Below, one piece after another: positions 57,403-64,000 of a DNA stretch of 64,000 nucleotides. The stretch's first letter is position 1. The number at the start of each line of letters is the position of its first letter. Made by a program: the position numbers and the translations under genes. The DNA comes from an uncultured Gammaproteobacteria bacterium. Its GTDB lineage: Bacteria > Patescibacteriota > Microgenomatia > UBA8517. The notes beneath the pieces were generated by a model. The model worked only from the letters and a program-made list of their open reading frames with translations. It was not told where the DNA came from and made no database searches. The stretch lies in NCBI GenBank assembly GCA_964430475.1, contig CAYSEQ010000002.1:7706-71705 (forward strand). Reading direction: 5' to 3'.

Positions 57403-58484
57403 ATAATTTAGAGGTTCAAATAATTAAAAAAATAGACAAGGATTTTTTAAAGAAATGGTATAAGATTTGGAAAAATGCTTATAACCGTCAGTTTTATAAC
57501 TCTCCTGAATGGTTTATTTCAGCACTTAAGGTCTTTGAAGCGAAGGACTATTTAGTTTTTACAGTGTCTAAGGACTCTGAAGTAAAATTAATACTTCCTT
57601 TAATTGGAAAGAAATTTTTGGGGAGGAAAATTTATATGAGCCCTGGCGAAAAATTTTTGGATAAAACTACAATTCTTTTAAAAGATAAAGATTTTGATGT
57701 CTTGAAGGCAGTTTTTAAGAAGTTGGCAAATTTTGGAAATTTTTACTTAAGTGAAGTTGACGATTGGGTGAAAGAAGAGTTTGAAGAAACAAGAATTGGC
57801 GGTAAGACTTTTATTTCTTCAGAATCCTTTTATTTGCCTTTGGAAGAAGCATTTGAATTTTTATCCAAAAAACAAAAAAGTAAGATAAAGAATAAATATA
57901 TAAAAAATAAAAAAAGACTTACCTTTCTTCGTTTAAGAGGGGAAAAAATAATCAATCGCATTGATGATATTCTGAAAATTGATTACTTGAGTAGTAAGAG
58001 AGAAAAAAGCAGAGAAACTTTTTCTGACAAGAATTCAATTAGGTTATTAGAGATTATCTCCAAACATTCCAAGGAGAGTAAGCCGGATTTAAGCATATTA
58101 TATTTTGACCGTTTTCCGGTTGTTTTTAGCTTCGGAGTAATTTCCGATGGGGTCTACCATGCGAAGTACACCTCTTTTGTTAAAAAGTTTGCTTTTCTTT
58201 CACCCGGCAAACTCTTGCTTTACATGCTTTTACCTAAACTTAGGGCTGAAGGTGTAAAAATTTTTGACTTCTCGAGAGGAGACAGTACCTTGAAAAAGGA
58301 ATTTACTCCTTATTTTGAAAAATATTATGATATTTTTTACTCTAAAGATAAATTTTTAGCCCTTTTATTGCCAAATTTGATTCTTCTAAAAGATTTTATC
58401 ATTGGTCATGAAAAGCTTTATCAATTTTTACTTTTTATACGAAGGTATGTTAAACTTTTCGGCTCATTTTTGAAAATTTTTTAA
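57399..58484 (+). CDS. FemAB-like / CelD-like GNAT acyltransferase (Acetyltransf_6 family)
   Basis: …WYKIWKNAYNRQFYNSPEWF… N-terminal signature. ~360 aa two-lobed GNAT architecture. Confidence 0.55.
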   Translation: MNNLEVQIIKKIDKDFLKKWYKIWKNAYNRQFYNSPEWFISALKVFEAKDYLVFTVSKDSEVKLILPLIGKKFLGRKIYMSPGEKFLDKTTILLKDKDFDVLKAVFKKLANFGNFYLSEVDDWVKEEFEETRIGGKTFISSESFYLPLEEAFEFLSKKQKSKIKNKYIKNKKRLTFLRLRGEKIINRIDDILKIDYLSSKREKSRETFSDKNSIRLLEIISKHSKESKPDLSILYFDRFPVVFSFGVISDGVYHAKYTSFVKKFAFLSPGKLLLYMLLPKLRAEGVKIFDFSRGDSTLKKEFTPYFEKYYDIFYSKDKFLALLLPNLILLKDFIIGHEKLYQFLLFIRRYVKLFGSFLKIF

Positions 58485-58486
58485 CT

Positions 58487-60100
58487 ATGAAAAGGTATTT
58501 AAGTAATTTATTTTTAGTGTTTTTCTGTATGGCGATTCTCGTTCTCATTATAAGGGGTATTTCTGGAAATCCTAGCGAGGAAGACCTTAATAAAATGGAG
58601 TGGAAAGAAGAAGGACCTTTTGAACTTTCAAATGAAAGAGGAAGATTTGCACTTCTTTATTCCTGGATTGAAAATCATTCTTTGTATTTTTCTAAGAATT
58701 TAGCCCTTTTTGCTTCCCCGGATTTGGCGTATAAGGATGGGAAATATGTTTCTCTATTCAATCCCGGCGTTTCTTTTATGGCAATTCCAGGATACATGTT
58801 AGGTAAAATTTTAGGTATTTCACAAATATTTACATTCCTTATTATCTCACTTTTTGCTTCGTTGAATGTAGTTTTAGTGAAGAATATTTCCAGGAAAATT
58901 GGTGCGAGCGACAGAATCTCGACGATCGCTTCGTTAATCTTTCTTTTTGCCACACCCGCTTTAGTTTACGCAACCAGCTTTTACCAACATCACATCTCTA
59001 CATTTTTATTGCTTCTAAGTATATATCTACTTTTGGAAAAAGTAGGTATTTTTACCCTTTTTCTAGTCTTTTTTTTATATGGAGTTTCGATAACAGTTGA
59101 TTATCCAAATGTCTTTTTAATGTTTCCTATTGTAGTTTATTCAATGAGCAGGTTTTTTATTATAGTGAAAACCTCAGCGAACTTCCAAATAGTATTTGAC
59201 CTTAAAAAGTTGATTTCTCTTACAGGGGTATTAGTGCCACTACTTTTTTTGTTTTGGTTTAATAAAGTCTCATATGGCTCGGCATTATCAATATCAGGTG
59301 CAGTTCAAAGAGTAACGAAAATAGATCCACAGGGAAATCCGATCAGAGATGAAAATATAGCTAATATTGCAAGTGATACCATAGACCGAGGTTTAAGTTT
59401 TTTTAAAACAAGAAATATACCTAGGGGGATTTATACTCTTATTCTAAGCGAGGATAGGGGGGTAATCTTTTTTGCTCCGGTTCTTATTTTTTCTCTAATC
59501 GGAATACTAGAATTTGGAGAAAAAAGAAGAAAGATCTTTTTACTTCTGGCTTCCATTATTTGTATTAATGTTCTGCTTTATAGTATGTGGGGAGACCCAT
59601 GGGGTGGTTGGTCTTTTGGCTCGCGTTATCTTATACCAAGTTATGCGATAGTCTCTATCTTTATTTCCAGACTTTTTATGAAGCTAAAAGGGGACAAACT
59701 ATTTCTGGGAGTATTTTTTTTAGCTTCAGTTGTGTCCATCTTTATCAATTTGCTAGGGGCAATAACTTCCAAGGCTAATCCTCCCAAAGTTGAAGCAGAG
59801 AGCCTTACCGCGTTGTCAGGAATTGAGCAAAAGTATACTATTGAGCGAAACCTAGATTTTCTATTCGAAAAGGGCACGAAGTCTTTTGTTTACGAAAAAT
59901 ATTTAAAGGATTTTCTTACTCCATGGGAATATTATTTTTTGGTCTCTTTCCTGATTTTGATACCCTATGGAATCTATTTCTTTAAAATATCGCGTTTGGC
60001 AAAATCTCCAGTTTTTGAGTTGGTCTTGGTAAAGAACAAGGGTTTGAATGACCTAAAACTAGAATTAAGACTTTTTAGTAAGGAAAAGCTTTTTAAGTAA
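58487..60100 (+). CDS. Polytopic membrane protein, GT-C-fold glycosyltransferase-like (PMT/ArnT/GT39/GT83-like)
   Basis: More than 10 predicted TM helices, with loops between them. Confidence 0.5.
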   Translation: MKRYLSNLFLVFFCMAILVLIIRGISGNPSEEDLNKMEWKEEGPFELSNERGRFALLYSWIENHSLYFSKNLALFASPDLAYKDGKYVSLFNPGVSFMAIPGYMLGKILGISQIFTFLIISLFASLNVVLVKNISRKIGASDRISTIASLIFLFATPALVYATSFYQHHISTFLLLLSIYLLLEKVGIFTLFLVFFLYGVSITVDYPNVFLMFPIVVYSMSRFFIIVKTSANFQIVFDLKKLISLTGVLVPLLFLFWFNKVSYGSALSISGAVQRVTKIDPQGNPIRDENIANIASDTIDRGLSFFKTRNIPRGIYTLILSEDRGVIFFAPVLIFSLIGILEFGEKRRKIFLLLASIICINVLLYSMWGDPWGGWSFGSRYLIPSYAIVSIFISRLFMKLKGDKLFLGVFFLASVVSIFINLLGAITSKANPPKVEAESLTALSGIEQKYTIERNLDFLFEKGTKSFVYEKYLKDFLTPWEYYFLVSFLILIPYGIYFFKISRLAKSPVFELVLVKNKGLNDLKLELRLFSKEKLFK

Positions 60101-60116
60101 GGTACTGCTTTTAAAA

Positions 60117-61745
60117 ATGGAAATTTTTGTTAAAGATTTTACTTTCTTTTTAATTTTAGACAGGAGAAAAATTTTCAATTTTTTCAAAAAAATTGAAAAA
60201 ATCTTGCCTTTGGTGATTGTTGTCTTTCTTTTTGTACTGTCCCTTTTTGCATCTTTCTTGTTTTACAATAATGGACTCTCTCTTGCTTACAATGATGCTC
60301 GATCACACTTAAATATTGCAAGAAGGGTTGTTGAAGGGCTAAAAACAGGTGCTGCACAGCTTGGGAGTGTTTGGCTTCCCTTACCCCATGTCCTTATGTT
60401 ACCAACTATCTGGAATGACTTTTTTTGGCATTCCGGAGCCTCGGGTACACTAGTTTCTCTAGTCTCATTTATTTTAACTGGTATTTTTATTTACAGATTC
60501 CTAGAAAAGTTAAAGGTAAGAATTTTTGGGAGGATTTTTGGTGTTTTGGTTTTCAGCACAAATCTAAATATTTTATATTTGACTTCTACGGCAATGACCG
60601 AGATGCTACTTTTAGCAACTCAAACTTTAAGTGTTTATTATCTTGTAATCTGGGCGAGAAAGGAAAGAATGCTAGACTTGCTAAAAAGTGCTTTTTGGGT
60701 AATGTTAGCTACACTTACGCGTTATGATGGTTGGTTTCTTTTTGTCTTTTGTACTTTTCTTATTGGGATTATTGGTTTAAGAAAAAGGGTGTTAAAAGAG
60801 GTAGAGGGATATCTATTTTTCTTTTTAACTTTGGCTGGATTTGGCATCTTTTTGTGGTTTTTGTGGAATCTGGTAATTTTTAAAGATCCCCTTTATTTTG
60901 TTTATGGCCCTTATTCTGCTTATGCACAACAGTTGGGCTTAGAAAAAGCAGGGGAGTTACTGACGAAGGGTAATCTTTTAGCATCTTTGAAAACATATTT
61001 TTACGCAATCTTTTATAACCTCTATACAATACCAGTGTTTATCGGTTTTAGTGGTATTTTTATCTTGTACTTTGACAAGAGTTTGAAAAAAAGTGTGAGA
61101 CTTGCTACCTTAGCCTTGTTAGCCCCTATCCTTTTTAACATTATTGCTCTTTATTTAGGACATTCAGTTTTGTTCCTTCCAGAAGTAGTTGGGAAGACTT
61201 GGTTTAATGTAAGGTATGGGATGTTGGCTGCACCTGCAATTTGTATAGGAATAGGTTTTATCGTGGATAGACTAAGAAGATATTCACCAATATTAATTGG
61301 TTTAATTCTTTTTACATTGTTTTTTGCGTTTTTGGGTTTTGACGCAGTGACAATTGATGATGCACTTTATGGAGCAAGTCAAAAAAATGTAAAAGAAGTA
61401 TCCTCATGGCTTAGAGGAAATGTATCCAAAGAACCGGGTTTTGTTTTGATTTCTGCGGCAAGTCATGATGCGATCATTTTTTCCTCTGGATTGCCGATGA
61501 AACGTTTTATTCATGAGGGTACCGGAGATTATTGGAAGCTTGCAGTTGAGAATCCCAACAGGTGGGTTAAATGGATAGTTATGCGAACTTACGATATGAA
61601 TGATTTAACTTACAAGGAAGTGCATGATGCAAGTGGGTTTAAATATTTTGAACTTGTGGAGCATTATCCTTTTGCTGACATCTATCAACTAAAAAAAGAT
61701 TATTGGAGTGAGGTTGTGACAACACCGGTTTTGTCAAGAAAATAA
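60117..61745 (+). CDS. Second polytopic GT-C-like membrane protein
   Basis: About 10 TM helices in the N-terminal two-thirds plus a C-terminal soluble domain. Adjacent to and co-oriented with the 58487 gene. Confidence 0.5.
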   Translation: MEIFVKDFTFFLILDRRKIFNFFKKIEKILPLVIVVFLFVLSLFASFLFYNNGLSLAYNDARSHLNIARRVVEGLKTGAAQLGSVWLPLPHVLMLPTIWNDFFWHSGASGTLVSLVSFILTGIFIYRFLEKLKVRIFGRIFGVLVFSTNLNILYLTSTAMTEMLLLATQTLSVYYLVIWARKERMLDLLKSAFWVMLATLTRYDGWFLFVFCTFLIGIIGLRKRVLKEVEGYLFFFLTLAGFGIFLWFLWNLVIFKDPLYFVYGPYSAYAQQLGLEKAGELLTKGNLLASLKTYFYAIFYNLYTIPVFIGFSGIFILYFDKSLKKSVRLATLALLAPILFNIIALYLGHSVLFLPEVVGKTWFNVRYGMLAAPAICIGIGFIVDRLRRYSPILIGLILFTLFFAFLGFDAVTIDDALYGASQKNVKEVSSWLRGNVSKEPGFVLISAASHDAIIFSSGLPMKRFIHEGTGDYWKLAVENPNRWVKWIVMRTYDMNDLTYKEVHDASGFKYFELVEHYPFADIYQLKKDYWSEVVTTPVLSRK

Positions 61746-61821
61746 TTTAAGGGATAATTTTGATAAAAAGAATATTAGTATTCCGAAGGTTTTTAGTTAA
61801 GTGGTATTTTAAGCTAGAAAC

Positions 61822-63135
61822 TTGAAAATGCTGAACCCTTTTCTTAAAAATTCTAACAACCTTAAGATGTTTTTTATATTCCTAAAAAACTTTAGAAAAA
61901 TTTGGCTATCTCTTTTAGCGATTTTTTTGGGAATGTCTTTTTTACTAAAAAGTGTCTATGCAAATACAACATATTGGGAGATTCAGTCCATAGATACGAT
62001 GAAATTTTCACGGGATCTAGCAAGAGAAAAAAAGGCTGATTTAAGTTTCGATAGAGAAATTGAGGACCAAATTTCCCAAATTGCTTTTTTGGGTGCAACC
62101 CATGTTGTTCTGGGAACTCCCTACGATGAAGAATTTCTACCTTTTTTAAAACGCTGGGTTGTGATGGCAAGAAAGTATGGTCTAAAGATCTGGTTTAGGG
62201 GAAACTTTTCTGGCTGGGAAGGATGGTTTGGTTATCCAAGGATTACGCCTGAGCAGCATATTGAAGAAACTCAAGAATTTATCCTAAAAAACCCAGATTT
62301 ATTTGAAAATGGGGATATTTTCACTTCTTGTACAGAGTGCGAAAATGGTCGCGTCTTTGACCCTTTTAGAGCTGACCAATTGTTGGAATTTCGTAAATTT
62401 CTGATTGAAGAATATAAGGTTGCAAAGAGAGCATTTGAAAGTTTGGGGAAAGATGTCAAAACAAATTTCTATCCAATGAATCTAGATGTGGCGAAATTGG
62501 TAATGAATAAAGATACTCTCAATTCTTTGGAAAAAGTTGTAGTTTTAGATCATTATGTTGATACACCCCAAAAATTAGTTAATGATATTGACGAGATTCA
62601 TGTTCAAACAAATGCCAAGATAGTTTTGGGAGAGATAGGTGTTCCGATTCCAGATATTCATGGCGAGATAAGTGAAGGAAGACAAGCCGAGTGGCTAAGC
62701 GAGACACTTGAACTTTTGTCTTACAAAGATTTCCTTTTAGGTTTAAATTATTGGGTGAATAAGGGTGGGTCTACTGAGATTTTTTATAAAGATGGTAGAT
62801 TAAAACCTGCGGGTTTTGTGGTTAAAGATTACTTTAAGCCAGTGATTTACGAAGGCCGCATAGTTAACCAATTTGGTATTCCGGTTAAAAACGCTGAAGT
62901 TAATTTTCTCTCAAAAAAAATCATTAGCGATTCAAAAGGGCATTTTCTTTTGCCTTTAGTTCCTTCCGCGCAGAAAATATCTATCCTTGCGGATGGTTAT
63001 CAAAAAACTGAAGTCCAAGTTAAGGACTTGCCCAAAAAAGATATTGTTTTAGTTAAGGACAACCTTTTTTTCAAGATTTTTAGTCTTATTCATGTTTTCT
63101 TATTGCAAGCTTTTTCGAAGGCTTTCCAAGAATAG
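61822..63135 (+). CDS. Secreted TIM-barrel glycosidase-like protein (GH5/GH113-like) with C-terminal carboxypeptidase-regulatory-like domain
   Basis: N-terminal TM/signal. …KIVLGEIGVP… candidate nucleophile region. C-terminal …GRIVNQFGIPVKNAEVNF… CarbopepD_reg-like motif. Confidence 0.4.
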   Translation: MKMLNPFLKNSNNLKMFFIFLKNFRKIWLSLLAIFLGMSFLLKSVYANTTYWEIQSIDTMKFSRDLAREKKADLSFDREIEDQISQIAFLGATHVVLGTPYDEEFLPFLKRWVVMARKYGLKIWFRGNFSGWEGWFGYPRITPEQHIEETQEFILKNPDLFENGDIFTSCTECENGRVFDPFRADQLLEFRKFLIEEYKVAKRAFESLGKDVKTNFYPMNLDVAKLVMNKDTLNSLEKVVVLDHYVDTPQKLVNDIDEIHVQTNAKIVLGEIGVPIPDIHGEISEGRQAEWLSETLELLSYKDFLLGLNYWVNKGGSTEIFYKDGRLKPAGFVVKDYFKPVIYEGRIVNQFGIPVKNAEVNFLSKKIISDSKGHFLLPLVPSAQKISILADGYQKTEVQVKDLPKKDIVLVKDNLFFKIFSLIHVFLLQAFSKAFQE

Positions 63136-63340
63136 CCATTGGCCTTTCTCTCCACACTCCGTCTTGTTCGTATTTTAGGGTATATATATGTAGTAGGATC
63201 CATCCCTTTTTGAGAAGTTTATTAACTTCTCTTCTTCCCCGAAATTCTAAATTCCTTCCTATAACCTCTTTTATATTAAGTTGCCAGAGAGGCAATATTT
63301 GAACTAGGTGAGCGTAATCTGAATTTTCTTTCTTTCTCAT
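63086..63340 (-). CDS. Hypothetical small protein (84 aa) start-stop coupled to the CapA-like gene
   Basis: Its start abuts the stop of the upstream minus-strand gene. Confidence 0.3.
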   Translation of the reverse strand: MRKKENSDYAHLVQILPLWQLNIKEVIGRNLEFRGRREVNKLLKKGWILLHIYTLKYEQDGVWRERPMAILGKPSKKLAIRKHE

Positions 63341-64000
63341 TTATATTAGAACATCAATTATAATCTTATTGTCGTGTAAACGGACTTTTGGAATATAATC
63401 TTTGCTTAGTTCGAGCATCTTTTGATTGACAAGTTTAGCTTCTTTGCCTTTTAACTTTATCAATTTTGTTTCCAGTTTATGATTTTTGCTAAAGGTCACT
63501 TGAATTCTGATGGGTTTTAGGACAACTTTTATGGCTTTTTTGTTTTCCAAAACAACTTGATATAAAAAAGACTCGTCATTTCTTAATATAGGATCGACAG
63601 CGTAGTCATCAATCATTTCTCCACAATCATAAAAGATGATACCTCCATTGTATATCTCTACTCGCTGGAAGACATGCGACGAGTGGCCATGGAATATATC
63701 AACACCTGCGTCTATAAGAGCGTGGGCAAACTCCACATGGTGTTTGGGGGGTATTCTTACCATATTTGGTCCCCAATGGCCGGAAACTATAACGAAGTAT
63801 CCTTCTTTTTTAGATATTAATATATGTTTTAAAAGATCTTTGAATCTTCTATCATTTTGGTCTATCGGGATGTAATTTATGCCAGGACCGTTAAGTGTTG
63901 CCTCCCATCCGGGTTCATTGTCGCTGAATGCAAAGACTCTAAACTTTATTCCTCGCATTTCAATATCTGCAGGCATTTTGGCATCTATTTTTTTATTTCC
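63341..64000 (-). CDS. CapA/PGA_cap-family metallophosphoesterase, C-terminal part; the N-terminus extends beyond the window end
   Basis: …VIVSGHWGPN…, …DIFHGHSSHVFQ… calcineurin-like motifs. The frame stays open upstream of M at 63976 through to position 64000. Confidence 0.6.
   Translation of the reverse strand, partial: GNKKIDAKMPADIEMRGIKFRVFAFSDNEPGWEATLNGPGINYIPIDQNDRRFKDLLKHILISKKEGYFVIVSGHWGPNMVRIPPKHHVEFAHALIDAGVDIFHGHSSHVFQRVEIYNGGIIFYDCGEMIDDYAVDPILRNDESFLYQVVLENKKAIKVVLKPIRIQVTFSKNHKLETKLIKLKGKEAKLVNQKMLELSKDYIPKVRLHDNKIIIDVLI

Noticed and set aside
1-64000. CRISPR arrays or other long regular direct-repeat arrays
   Set aside because: No spaced identical repeats seen. The only tandem repeats are short AT-rich microsatellites (35090-35200), degenerate AGGTRT units (2441-2513) and coding Pro/Thr-linker repeats.
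1-64000. Alternative genetic code (UGA recoded as Gly/Trp, as in some CPR lineages)
   Set aside because: secA and many other genes terminate at TGA with conserved C-termini, and RF2 (the UGA-reading factor) is present. Standard code 11.

Overview
This 64 kb window is AT-rich (roughly 35-40% GC) with compact, mostly plus-strand genes. It uses the standard bacterial code: secA ends at TGA and a normal RF2 gene is present. Gene content and style resemble a small-genome, CPR/Microgenomates-like bacterium; that placement is inference from content. The backbone carries these housekeeping genes: the secA 3' end, gdhA, tdh-kbl, a Clp-type AAA+ ATPase, tgt, prfB, ftsEX plus an M23 EnvC-like gene, tsaE, galE, galU, archease-rtcB and rmlA-like/B/C/D. 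There are three accessory blocks. (1) At ~2.4-9.5 kb, between secA and a frameshifted ppx/gppA, sits an island bounded by decayed IS transposase fragments. It carries a minimal thiazole/oxazole-modified peptide (TOMM/LAP) cluster: a Cys/Ser/Thr-rich precursor peptide, a standalone YcaO cyclodehydratase, a SagB-type FMN dehydrogenase and, immediately downstream, an ABC-F ATPase that may be a ribosome-protection immunity factor. This is the strongest candidate for an undescribed system. (2) At ~32-44 kb lies a cell-surface island: LTD, CAP and S8 subtilase proteins with Pro/Thr linkers, a sortase next to a substrate with an LGATG sorting signal, and two adjacent proteins sharing an unusual ~40-aa TG-x-N...GD...TG-A-x-S-x-AN repeat plus DUF11. 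(3) At ~48-63 kb is a glycan-biosynthesis cluster: the dTDP-rhamnose operon, a 1178-aa tri-domain glycosyltransferase (GtrB-like GT2, processive TED/QxxRW GT2 and GT4), a GT4-PIG-L deacetylase fusion followed by a CelD/FemAB-like GNAT (a MshA/MshB/MshD-like trio), two GT-C-like polytopic membrane proteins and a secreted TIM-barrel glycosidase-like protein. Other notable points are apparent frameshifts at A-homopolymers in the ABC-F and ppx genes, a TrpR-like regulator flanked by twin 26-28 bp palindromes, a glycogen-type glgA-GH57-GH15-ROK cluster, and a membrane-anchored Clp ATPase. No rRNA, tRNA or CRISPR was found.
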